A DNA stretch of 40,732 bases from Octopus bimaculoides (GCF_001194135.2 NC_068988.1:19932225-19972956); one strand, 5' to 3'; shown: positions 22,911 through 34,849, counted from the stretch's first letter. Numbers and translations: made by a program. The notes: a model not told the origin generated them from the letters alone.

Positions 22911-25900
22911 AGTCCATTGGCAGCTATATCCAACCGTTTATTCTGTGACGATAAAAATGTAGTAACAATGAAGTATTCGAGTATTGAGGGTAAGATGTAT
23001 TTAACTCCACTCTTCATCCGAAATTTATAGCATCCAGTCAACGCCACTCTAATAAATAATGTTTACTCCAATCAATCATGCTATATATGTTAAAAGTATT
23101 AAAGAAATATAAATTTAATTGTTAACGAAATATAAAATTTAAAGATCGAAGAGAGTGGTTTTATTACATTCACTCTCATTTTCTTCTCTCTTGTCCTATC
23201 TTTCTGTTCCATTTCTCACTTCTCCCTCGTTTTAGTTCCATTTATATCTTTTTTAATACTCTTTAAACAATAATACTACTCTCCTATCCCAGATTTTCCT
23301 GATTCGAATCGCTGGGCCCGTAAAATATCAATTGAAGCTTAGTGGTCCGGAATAGCATTTATGTTTATTTGCATTGAATAGTTTCCATAGCAACTCGTTG
23401 TAGAACAAAAGATAATTGATATAATAACTATTATTGGAAATAAAGTTGACTAATTTGTTATTTTAGTGTCATTTTGTTGTGATGGATGTTACGTCTTGCC
23501 TCTACTGTTTAATTTATATATTCATTATACTGTTACTTTTCAATTGGCATATCATTAGCGCTTTTTTTTTCACTGCTTTGAAACAACACAGAGATAAGAT
23601 ATCAACTAAGAACAAAGCTATATGTCTTTAAAATTTATTTCTCCTTTTTTTCCGAGATAACATTCTGTATTTCCTTTAACTGTATATATTTAAATTTCCA
23701 CAATTTATCTGATTCTTTATCAGTCAGTTTATTCATTAATTCATTTATTCAACTATATCAAGGAGCCAAACTTGTTGCTGCAGTAAGAAATGTAATATAA
23801 ATGAACCTAATGGTCTAAACACTGCAGTGCAAGTAAAGCTATTTTCATCCTGATAGAGAGTGTTTAATCATTCACAAGCAATAGAAACCTAGGGAATTCT
23901 AGGTTTATAACATTTACAAACACATCATTTTTTATCTTAGTAACAGGAACAATCGTTTTACACAATACCTTATCTGAAATTAGATTCAGCTCACACCGAA
24001 GTCTCAGAAGCAATTTCATTTCCCAAATACTCCATTTTATTTACAAGAGACATCAATGTTTACGTTCTTTGGCGATAACAATGTTGTTTCATTTCGACAG
24101 AAAGCTAACTGTTATTTCGTTTAACAAGATGTAAAACTGGGTTCTTAGTAACACCGGCAAATAGCTGGCATAAAAACATGGATATCGTGTCTTCTATTAC
24201 TGAAATACAAAACAAAATCCTTTTATTCTATTTTCCATAACTGATTTAATTTTCAGAAAAACCAATTGAACATGTTCCGTTATACTAATAATAATATTCA
24301 TAACAACATTGTTATTGTTTTTGTGGTGGTGGTGGTGCATATGTTCCCACGTATTTCTGAAAAAGTTCATGCAACAAAGCCGTCGGAGACCTAGGATCAA
24401 TGTTCATGAGATCAGAAATATTTTGAACACTGAAAATAATGTTAGCAAAATTTCGAAAAAAGTAAAAGTAAAAGAAAAGAAAAAAAAAGAGAAGAAAAAT
24501 ATTCTGACAGAAGTCACGATATCATTTCTTATGAATCACCGTGTATTGTTTAACTGCAGATAAACATCGTACTTTCTTCATATAGTCAGTTTTATTTGCT
24601 GAGATTATACGTAGAGGTAACATTCACATATAAGAGACAATGATGCCAATAGGTTTTCCATTGGTTCTTTCAAATCTACATTTTTCATAAAGACATGATC
24701 ATGGCGTTTATTCTAGGCTGCGGAATTTGTGGGAAGAGAAAAAAGACAGTGTTTACCGCGGTGGATAGAAGACTGAACATAATGACGGTATAAGTAGAAA
24801 GAGAGAAGGATAAGCTGGGAATGTCTAAGTGAGTGTTGCATGAGTCTAACGAGTTACATAGAGCATAGTCCACTACATTAACAGTAGCAGAACGGTTGAG
24901 AGAGGAAACAGCATACATGTATCACATGTGTGCAGTTTCTTTTGTCGACCGCTTCACCCTCAATCTGCTTGACTCTGTGTGAGTTCATTTACATATAATT
25001 TGAAGCATATAAGCAAATGTCTTTCTGCCAAACCGTTGCGTATTGGAATTGGTTCAAGACGCTTGTGTAGAGTAGCAGTTCTACCGATCTGCACGTTTCC
25101 ATCTTAAGTGTAACGATGATAGAAATTTATTTCGGAAATACTCAATGGAAAACTAAACGAACAATACACATAATTCAATGAGGGGAAGAAGCATTAACGG
25201 TTTATTCCTAGCTTTGGCAGCAATATATAAGTTTGTGAGTGTGTAATGTCCATGAAAACATTCCAGTAATTGATTATCGATTATTTTATCAATTTTATAA
25301 CCTGAAAGCGCAAATCCACCGCGGTGATTGTTCAACATAGGACTTAAACAAAGATAACTGAATAGTTTGGTGAAATTTCTGATAACATTTTGCCGATCAT
25401 AACAAGTATCAGGAATTATATGGTAACGGACTCTAAGACTCTACAAAGTTACGTAAGTCTAAAGGTTGAAAGTAGCACACCTGTTCTTCATATATTATTG
25501 TTGTTGTTGTAGACGTTTTTTTTCTTCTCCTCTTAAACGATTTTCAACGTTGAAAGAGCAAAGATATGATGAAACGCATTCCAGACTCTATCGTAACATT
25601 TTATTTATTTATTTATTTATTTTTAAGTGACACCTTCAAAATTATTAATTTCGTGACCTCGTTCGTCGAACGTAGATGTAATCTAATGTTCGGGAAAGAC
25701 CGTGTTAAAAAGACAGGTTTATTCATATTAATTATTTAGTACTGTTTTAACTAAACTATTACATAATCAGCACGTATCTACAATAATCTTTCTGCTAAAC
25801 CCTCTCATTGACTGACAACCAAGATATTCGTGTCGTGTAAACTTCTTAGTAATAATAAATATCAGTTACCGCAAGCCTATTGATTGGCTATGCTGCGTGA

Positions 25901-25944
25901 ATCAATGGCATTTTAAACAGAAAAAAACACATACACGTATTTAT

Positions 25945-25964
25945 GTCTGTATGCATGTATATAT

Positions 25965-25996
<32 letters not shown>

Positions 25997-26047
25997 GCAC
26001 GCACACACACGCACACACACACACGCATACACACACATATATATATG
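25945..26047. repeat. Imperfect (CA)n microsatellite
   Basis: Read directly. Confidence 0.93.
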
Positions 26048-26758
26048 TAACTGTACAGATGAACCTGGTTGTAAAGAATACTTGTTACAATATGTTTAGT
26101 AAACATACATTTTCGCAGCAGGAATTAAGTATATGGTCACGGAAGACATTTTACATGATGCTCAATATACATGCATTTCTATATAACTACATGCAAATAT
26201 ACGTCTATGTGTTGGCATTAGTCAGTGTAAATACATTAAGCACATTAAAAGAAAGCAAAGCCAGAGTCTATAACAATAACAAAAAGATAACCAAAAGAAA
26301 AAAAAAAGTGATTTGGCGATTTAGAATACGCATGAAGAGTTATCATGTGGTTAAATAACAAACATTAAAGCTAACTATAGGAAGAAAGATTACATACTTA
26401 TGCTTACTACCCATTTCGGTGATAGTATCTGCAATATTTTTTTAAACAAGATAAAACAACATTAGATCAAACGGTTAAATATTGCAGAAGCAATCTTTTC
26501 AATCAATCAGTGGAATATCCGTTTGATACAAATGTATCTTCCTATAGACATCAAATCGGAATGTTGTAAAACAGCGTTAAGTACTAAAGTAAACTAACTG
26601 TAATTATATACATGCTCAGCTACACAAGACGCTGCAGAAAGCTATGGCTATAAACCAGCAACCTAGCGTTGAAACCATCAAGTGAACTAAAGATAAACAC
26701 CAACGAACAGGTAACGATATGTTTAATTCAATGAGCGAGTGTGTAGGATTAACAACGC

Positions 26759-26890
26759 GACGAGTTGGCAGAGAGGGTAAAGCGTTGGATAGAATGATTC
26801 ACGTATATATCTGCTCTGAATCTCTGCGCTCGAAGCTCATATTACATCGGGGTTAACTTTGCCTTTCATCTTTTGGATTTCGATATTAAA
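26759..26890 (+). mobile_element. SINE family A, diverged
   Basis: gagttggcagagagggtaaagcgttgg ... cggggttaactttgcctttcatcttttggatttcgata. Confidence 0.6.
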
Positions 26891-27882
26891 AAAAATGTTA
26901 GTTGTGGGATGTAGTCTGCCTAAACTCTAAAAACTCAGCTATTACTTCATTTCAAGATTCTATATAACGCGCAGCACTACATCAAAAAGAAATGCATCTT
27001 CGATATATACAATTTTCTTGCACAACATCAGAAAATTCCCAGTGGTCTTATTAACACAAGACCCCCTCGTAAAACCCAGCAAAACTTGATCTTGAGGTAT
27101 ATTTTTTCTCATTATTTTCTCAGTTTTTTTAGCTGTCTTTTGTGTAGTCATCACATTGTGTAAGGTCATGGTGAATATGAAGGGCTTTAATATAGAACAC
27201 AAAGCAAAAAAAGGAACACACTTGTGACGGAACTGACAAATAAAATTCTTCTGACATACGGTCGAATAGAGGTAGGACATTTGATATTTTAGAAAAAGAA
27301 ATGAAAGTAGTACCGATTTTAACGACAGAGCATCACACTAACATATGTCCCCTGAAGAAAGAACACTATATTGCACCACTTTGCAACTGTTTTGCAAAAG
27401 ACGTTAACAGAAAATTGGACCTGGATGCATCATATCACTTTATTCAATACAGTGTTCGTTTTAAATTATGATATACAGTAATCCATCGGCTATCGCGGGT
27501 GCCACTTTCTACGCCCTATTGCGATAGATGAAAATCCGCGAAGTACAACCAGTACTGTACAGTATATTTCTTTTTTATCATTTTTATAAATTGTATATAT
27601 TTATTTTATAATAGATTCAAAACAACACCACGAAGTAATCGACGTAAGCTTAAATAATCCGAATTTTTATTTAACCAATTGGATCTAAACAAAGAGGGGA
27701 CGTTACAGAGACAATCTAAGGGTTGGGCAACGAATGATTCATAGCATGAAGTTAGCCATATACTTAAAGATAAATGAGAAATATGAAAATCGAGGGGATT
27801 AAAATGGAGTGAGGGACGCGGTCAAGCCCACAAACCAGGTACCAATATTGAAACTTGTTTTTTTTTTTCCTTTTGTTATCAC

Positions 27883-28210
27883 TCAAGTAGGTTCATTCAC
27901 TCTCAGCATGCTCGCAACAACCTTCCATCTTTTCTTGAACGTCCTTAGCGACAAGTATCTCCTCTCCAGCATTATTTTCCTTTTCAAGTGGAAAAGGAAA
28001 AAGTTAACCAACCAAAAGCTGGAGATGAAGATGCCCGTCACAATCCCTTTCACTTGCGTTCTCCATACTACCGCTTTTGCGATAGCCACTACACAGAGGA
28101 AACAATCCTGCTCTTCATTTTCCAGAGAAGTCGGTGGAACAATCTTATTTGTAGACTCAGGTGACAGTTGTACTCCTCTCAGACGTGACAGCAGTTGCTC
28201 GACTTGGTTT
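27883..28210 (-). mobile_element. 5'-truncated non-LTR retrotransposon fragment encoding the ORF2 C-terminus (L1/Tx1-like)
   Basis: Open minus frame QVEQLLSRLRGVQLSPESTNKIVPPTSLENEEQDCFLCVVAIAKAVVWRTQVKGIVTGIFISSFWLVNFFLFHLKRKIMLERRYLSLRTFKKRWKVVASMLRVNEPT*. The pattern (VEQLLSR...FLC.VAIAK.VVW.TR.KG...FF.FHLKRK..LER...F..RW) matches my recollection of Tx1-type ORF2 C-termini in octopus predicted proteins. Not searched. Confidence 0.6.
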
Positions 28211-28874
28211 ATGCTATAGTTGATCTGAACCATCACGTCTGATTAGATAGTCTAATGTTACAATGTACCCAGTTGATTTATAACACACGCTTCAGTGTGT
28301 TTGTACTTTATCATCATGCAGTTTCGCAAATAAAATTAAATATACAGTAACGTCTTATGGTAATGTTGCAGTGAGATCCCTATTAGTTAACATCACCAAA
28401 TCTTTAGATCAGAAACAGAGAAGGAGAACATGTATAACTATGAAATCTGAATAAACCCACTGGTCAAAAACGTTAGATTTATAGCTTGATGTTTTCACCC
28501 TTTTTCTCTCCCCATCTGTCAATATATATCTGTATTTCGTAATCTACATTAACCCATTACCTACCAGTGATCTCATGAGATCACTTAAAAATTACAAATT
28601 TCGTAATTTTCTGTCAATATTTACACATATCTAACCTTTTTGCTATATCTACTAGGTATATTTCTCTGATATTCTAATGAGGTTTGCTAATTTTTCACCT
28701 AATATCTCGCTTATTTCTATGTAAAATTTTATTTTGAAATGTTATTTTCCTCATTCCAGCGTGTTTCTAAGGCTGTTTTATGCTAGAAATCAAAGTGTCA
28801 TAAACAAATTCCAGTTAATAGAATTATGGGAGGTAATGGGTTAAGACAGCTGTCTCACGGAATCTTTAGCATAT

Positions 28875-29022
28875 TACGTTCTGAGATCTAATTTTGCAGA
28901 GGCTGACTTTGCATTTCATGATTTCGATGTCGATAAAACAAGTATCAGTTGATTACTACGGTTGATGTAATCGACTTACTCCTTCCATCAAAATTGCTGG
29001 TCTTGTACCGAAGTTTGTAACC
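28875..29022 (+). mobile_element. SINE family A (B box to 3' end)
   Basis: tacgttctgagatctaattttgcagaggctgactttgcatttcatgatttcgatgtcgataaaacaagtatcagttg...gttgatgtaatcgacttact...aaattgctggtcttgtacc. Confidence 0.72.
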
Positions 29023-29316
29023 AACATTATATATCAACATCAACTTTTATATTTATATCTACATTTAATGTTCACTTCAGCTCTTCTACAGTATCAGCAC
29101 CAAAAGGTCGAAGACAAAGCTCCGAGAGGAATAGTTACCGTCGGTGTAGCTGTACTGGCAGCAAAAATAACAACAGGAACAGCAAGAAAATTCGTTTTCA
29201 TTTGTTTTAAATGTATCCCTCTGGGCTCTTCTCACAAACTTCATGACAACTACAGACGCCTCTTTATCTCATATCTCCTCATTAAGCACATGGTTTGCTC
29301 TTGCAGTAAATTCAAT

Positions 29317-29429
29317 ATCATTATCATCATAACCATCATCACCATCTTTTTTCATCGTCGTCGTCATCATAATCGTAAATCATCATCATCAGCAGCAGCA
29401 GCAGCAGCATCTTCTTCTTCTTCTTCTTC

Positions 29430-29494
<65 letters not shown>
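29317..29494. repeat. Compound trinucleotide tract (TCA)-(GCA)-(TCT)-(TAT)
   Basis: Read directly; produces the spurious 153-aa ORF 29068-29529. Confidence 0.95.
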
Positions 29495-29495
<1 letters not shown>

Positions 29496-29902
29496 TCTCT
29501 CTCTTCATCCTCAACTACAAATTCTGTAACCTATTTTGTCAATCCATCATTGCTGTTCTGACTGATGTCTTAGTAAAATTGTATTCCAGGTGGTGATAAC
29601 AGATCGTTTGCAGATTCCATTCTCTTTTACATTTATCTGGAAAAAAAAAAAAACAATACAGAGTTCCACTTAATTTGGCTCAAAATTTCCATCCCTCAAT
29701 TCGGCAAATACATTTGGTCTTCGAACTTCTCAATCATATCATTTTCTGCAAGGATGATATATGCTTCGCATCACCTCACTCAGAAATTATCGTCTTTCGT
29801 GCTTTCGATGTTCACATCCATTCATAATCATCATAATCGTACAATGATGACGGCATCGATGTAGAAACCGAATCTTTTGCAATATTCTGTTTCGAAAAAG
29901 TG

Positions 29903-30110
29903 TGGCTACTTGTCAGAGTCGTTAGCACGCTGGGAAGAATGTTTATCAACATTTCGTCCGTCTTTACGCTCTGAGTTCAATTTCCACCCAAGCCGACAAT
30001 GCCTTTTTATCCGTTCATGGTCGATAAAATAATTAAGATTTGATCACTGAGGTTGATATAGTAGACTTAACCTCACCCCATGAAAATGCTGTCCTCGTGC
30101 CAAAATTTGA
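29903..30110 (+). mobile_element. SINE family A, near full length
   Basis: gtcagagtcgttagcacgctggg...cgctctgagttcaatttcc...ggtcgataaaataa...gaaaatgctgtcctcgtgccaaaatttga; B-box-like GTTCAATTTCC. Confidence 0.78.
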
Positions 30111-30339
30111 GCCGATATTCAGCATTGAATAGTTTAATACTGAGATACGGACACTGCAACAAAACCAAAAAACTATCTGAAGAGTAAAACCGTCTGAGAT
30201 CGATCAAGTGTTTGTCAGGGAGGAGGGATATTATATCCCGATCCATAACTTTCTAATTATCTGAGAAAACGCTTGTGTTGTATTCGTAACTAATATACAT
30301 AATTGGGGAGGTGATACCCCAAGAAACATTTCATTTAAT

Positions 30340-30780
30340 CTCTTTTACTCTTTTGCTCATTTCTTTGTTTCAGTCATTTGACTGCGGCCATGCTTCAGCA
30401 CCGCCTTTAGTCGAGCAAAGCAACCCCAGGACTTATTCTTTGTAAGCCTAGTACTTATTCTATCGGTCTCTTTTGGCGAACCGCTAAGTTACGGGGACGT
30501 AAACACACCAGCATCGGTTGTCCAGCGATGTTGGGGGGACAAACACACACACACACACACACACATACACACACACACACATACACACGCACACACACAC
30601 ACACNNNNNNNNNNNNNNNNNNNNNTATATATATATATATATATATGACGGGCTTCTTTCAGTTTTCCGTCTACCAAATCCACTCACAAGGCTTTGGTCG
30701 GGCCGAGGCTATAGTAGAAGACACTTCCCCAAGGTGCCACGCAGTGGGACTGAACCCAGAACCATGTGGTTGGTAAGCAA
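30340..30780 (-). mobile_element. tRNA-derived SINE family B (CORE-like motif, internal microsatellite), least-diverged copy; A-box end missing
   Basis: Minus strand has B box GGTTCAGTCC and ccttggggaagtgt, which resembles the CORE motif ccttgggcaagt. Internal (TA)/(TG) tract with N-gap 30605-30625; tail ctcttttactctttt. Colinear with 17570-17956 and 16241-16393. Confidence 0.92.
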
Positions 30781-30969
30781 TGATGAACTTCATCTGAGAA
30801 TATTTCGTTACCCTCTACTAACAACTTTGACGCTATGACTTCGGATGTCTTCTCATAAAGTCGCCTAATTGATGCAAGCCAAACCATAGGGACAGTATTT
30901 TCGATATCAATTCCACATCATTTTTTGGAATGTAATGTTATGAGTATATCCATGGTGTAATATGAACAA

Positions 30970-31357
30970 CTGTGGAGGCGCAATGGCCCAGTGGTTAGGG
31001 CAGACGTCTCGCGGTCATAGGATCACGGTTTCGATTCTCAGACCGGGAGTTGTGAGTGTTTATTGAGCGAAAACACCTAGAGCCCCATGAGGCTCCGGCA
31101 GGGGATGGTGGCGAACCCTGCTGTACTCTTCTTTCACCACAACTTTCTCTCACTCTTACTTCCTCTTTCTGTTGTACCTGTAATTCAAAGGGTCAGCCTT
31201 GTCACACTGTGTCACGTTGAATATCCCCGAGAACTATGTTAAGGGTACACGTGTCTGTGGAGTGCTCAGCCACTTGCACGTTAATTTCACGAGCAGGCTG
31301 TTCCGTTGATTGGATCAACTGGAACCCTCGACGTCGAAAGCGACGGAGTGCCAACTC
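30970..31357 (+). mobile_element. Full-length tRNA-derived SINE, family D (head H2 + tail T1), with perfect 11-bp TSD
   Basis: A box TGGCCCAGTGG (30984-30994) and B box GGTTTCGATTCT (31027-31038). TSD AATATGAACAA at 30959-30969 and 31358-31368. The tail aligns with the reverse complement of 11911-12075. Confidence 0.93.
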
Positions 31358-31515
31358 AATATGAACAATAACCGGGCAGACTGTTGAGGTTTTTCGGTAT
31401 TGTTTTGCTTTTGCCCTCATAATTTTCATCACTGTAATCACCATTAATTTCATCCGAGTCAGCGTCAAGTCACGATGATCGTCAGCTTAATGAAATCTCA
31501 TTTCTCCGAATTTTC

Positions 31516-31860
31516 ATGTTCATCATCATCATCATCATTGTCGTCGTCCACGTCATCAATATCATCATTAGCAGCAGCATCAGCATTATCCTCATCATCC
31601 TAGTAATGCTCACCCTCGTTCTTTCCTACACTCCCATCTCCTACTCATCATCATCTTCATCACCATTCATCATCATCATCAACTACTTCGCGATCGTATT
31701 TCCTCCACCTACTCCTCTCCGTCATCATCGTCGTCGTTATAGTCGCCTCCATTGCTACCGCTGCTGTAGTTATCATTCACTTCTACTTCATCCTACTCCT
31801 ACGCCTTCATCCTTCTCCTACCTCTCCCTGATTATCACCATCATCTTTATCATTGGCTAT
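31516..31860. repeat. Decayed (TCA/TCG/TCC) trinucleotide tract
   Basis: Three-base periodicity read directly; gives the I/S/H-rich spurious ORF. Confidence 0.9.
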
Positions 31861-32162
31861 TTATTTTCCAATCTAATTTGGCATTAATTCGATTTTTCTC
31901 TTCAGTAATTAATAGACTGAATTTCAATAATTCCTGCTCAGGAGTCACTTGTCAGTTTATAACACAAATGTCATCAAACAGACGGCCATATTTTCTGCAA
32001 TTCAAATATTAATTCTAGTTCCGCTAATTCTTTTCTCCTTCGTTCAATCTCTTATTCTTTTATATAATTTTCGATTTTTATGTTGTTTTTTATATTTACA
32101 ACTCCTCCATTCTTCAATTCTTTTTGGCCGTCTGTTTTTTTTTTGTTTTGTTTTGTTACACG

Positions 32163-32423
32163 CTTCTTCTTCTTCTTCTTCTTCTTCTTCTTCTTCTTCT
32201 TCTTCTTCTTCTTCGTCTTCTTCTTCTTCTTCTTCTTCTTCTTCTTCTCTTTCTTCTTCTTCTCCTTCTTCTTCTTCTTCTTCTTCTCTNNNNNNNNNNT
32301 TCTTCTTCTTCTTCTTCTTCTTCTTCTTCTTCTTCTTCTTCTTCTTCTTCTCTTTCTTCTTCTTCTTCTTCTTCTTCTTCTTCTTCTTCTTCTTCTTCTT
32401 CTTCTTCTTCTTCTTCTTCTTCT
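32163..32423. repeat. Long (TTC)n / (GAA)n tract, about 260 bp including a 10-N gap
   Basis: Read directly; few interruptions. Confidence 0.97.
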
Positions 32424-32515
32424 ATTACTATCATCATCATCATCCTCATCACTACCATCGTCATCGTCAACAGGGTCATCGTCGTCCGCATCGGCAATTT
32501 TCCTATTATTATTAT

Positions 32516-32551
<36 letters not shown>

Positions 32552-32866
32552 NNNNNNNNNNNNNNNNNNNNNNNNNNNNNNNNNNNNNNNNNNNNNNNNN
32601 NNNNNNNNNNNNNNNNNNNNNNNNNNNNNNNNNNNNNNNNNNNNNNNNNNNNNNNNNNNNNNNNNNNNNNNNNGACGACGACGACGAAGACAAGGAATAG
32701 TTTTATAGTAATAATACGAATGTAAATATTGTGGTTATTGATATTCTTATTGTCATGAACCTCAGCTTTACCTTTGTTAGTATTACTATTATCATCATCG
32801 CCACTACTACTACTACTACTACTACAACCACTACCACCACCACCACCACCACCACTACTACTACTT
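32424..32866. repeat. Trinucleotide cluster (TCA/TCG)-(ATT)-(AGT)-gap-(GAC)...(ACT)/(ACC)
   Basis: Read directly; N-gap 32552-32673. Confidence 0.92.
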
Positions 32867-33687
32867 GATTTCTTCCTTCTTTTCTTCATTTCTTAATGAA
32901 ATTGGCATTAATTTCAAATGTAATTAAAGTTATCGACATAATAAATCGTCGACGATGTTTCATACAAGTGTGTACCCAACAAGCCACGCGCATTTGTCAA
33001 TCAGAACTTTTACTACACATTGACTTCGTTCAGATGAGTGTCCGTACGTAGTATCACCTGATATTGTAAATTAAAGGAGTAACACATCAAACACTAATTA
33101 ATGTATTGTGAGAACAGAAAGGTTAGCAAATAACATCTAATTATTGTCGTCTTTTAATCCCATACCTGTTGACTAATATCTAATTACTTGTCTACTGCCA
33201 TGATGATCCGATATATATGATTGATTTATACAAGAAGAAATATAGGTGATTTCAGACAGGAGTGTTGTATGTTACATATATCTATTTATCATGTGACAGA
33301 AGTCGCTGTCACATGCGAAATTCTGAAGTATTTGGGAATATGATATAACGCATGCAGTGTTATGTGGTTAGAGAGCTCGTTTACTTAACCGGACAACTTG
33401 CAGATTAATTCAAATGACGTATTGTATGCTTCGAAGCATTTATTTCGACCATTTCTGTACTTCGATTTTACATTCGCAGGAGTCAAATTTGGTTTTATAT
33501 TTTCAGGTGCCGATCAGATTCTGCCAGTCTGTGACGCCGGATTCGCAGGAATGTAGTAACTTGCGACAGAATGCCGGATCTTTTATGTTTTACTTCGTTT
33601 GTACATTAAACTGCAGCCGTACTGAGGAATTTTATAACAATTAATTACCCACTTCCCCACCTGTACATACATTTTTTTAAAGCATGA

Positions 33688-33775
33688 TACTTATTTTATC
33701 GGTACCTTTCACCGAACCGCCGCTTTGTTTTAGGAGGACGTAAACACACCAACACCAGCTGTTCAGCGATGAAGG
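33688..33775 (-). mobile_element. Internal fragment of SINE family B
   Basis: tacttattttatcggtacctttcaccgaaccgc...ggacgtaaacacaccaacaccagctgttcagcgatg aligns with 30453-30530. Confidence 0.75.
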
Positions 33776-34382
33776 AAAAAATACATACAATCACAGCACA
33801 CACATCGAGTTTCAGGTGATTTCTAGTTGTTAGTCATCGGCCTATCGCTAAGTACTTTTCCAGGAGACACAGGTAGGGGTACTCGTGTTTGTACACGCGT
33901 TTATGATTATAATCCAATCACATGCAATTGTATCAGTATGGGGATAACATTCGTCTACCCAATGTCGTATGTTGATGGAAAAGTGGCTTGGTATTGTCTT
34001 CGGAGTGAGCACTGAAGTAAAGTCAGACATGCCATTGTGAACGATGAAAACAAGAGAGACGCCAATCATATAAGAAGTAGAAGCAGTCCACTTATATGCG
34101 TATGTGTCTGTTAATGTATCCTCGGGTTGTAGACTAGCAAAATGTTTCATGTTGTGCCTTATGTGGCACAGATGATAAACGGAAATTTACTAGGACTTAG
34201 ATTCTTAAAAAAGTACTGAGATTTTCATGGCAATCGTCACACACACTTCATAAATATTACAAAAGACTTACTGAACTATCATATACAACGATATGTAGAT
34301 GTACCAAGGTGTACACAGACACATATCAACTTACACGTAACATTATGGATACGTGCAACTATTTATGAGGATATGCAGATGG

Positions 34383-34385
<3 letters not shown>

Positions 34386-34445
<60 letters not shown>
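34386..34445. repeat. (GT)n microsatellite
   Basis: About 30 perfect units. Confidence 0.97.
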
Positions 34446-34446
<1 letters not shown>

Positions 34447-34849
34447 ATGTCTGAACGTGTGTGTGTGCGTGTCTGTAAATGTGTGTGTAGTTTGTGTGCG
34501 TTTATTTATTCGTATGTGTCCGTGTGTGTGTCTCTGTGTATGTTTATAACTTTACAAGAATGAGTAAGGTGAACTTTTTCAGAATCATATAAACTGAAAA
34601 AAACAGTATGTGAAGATAGTGACAGCGAATGAAAAAGAAAGAACGATAATCTAAATAACTTACATCAATGGAAAATGGAAACATAGAAAATAATTTAAAG
34701 GTTACGTGTTCAATATAAAGCGAAACAGCGATTACAAAAATTAAAGTGGAAAACTGTGTTGAAAAGGTTAAAAGATTAAATACTAAGATAACATGTCAGA
34801 AAAGCTAAACCATGGCAAATGTCATATGAAAATATTTAAGATTTCATAC

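Noticed and set aside
25790-25920. Cluster of CCAAT-, Sox- and TALE-like motifs
   Set aside because: Short motifs occur by chance; no conservation or chromatin data to support a regulatory call.
30974-31045. tRNA-like sequence (also 12145-12218 minus and 16243-16310)
   Set aside because: These are SINE heads followed by SINE bodies, with no complete cloverleaf; not tRNA genes.
31949-32889. Poly-S/F/K/E/R/L ORFs
   Set aside because: Translations of (TTC)n and neighbouring triplet repeats in all frames.
33426-33439. Perfect 14-bp palindrome atgcttcgaagcat
   Set aside because: An isolated short palindrome with no supporting context; its spacing does not fit a heat-shock element.
33507-33557. 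Acceptor (ttttatattttcag) followed by ADQILPVCDAGFAGM, resembling an EGF-like CxxGFxG motif
   Set aside because: Two stops follow immediately, only one cysteine is present, and there is no donor site; consistent with chance.
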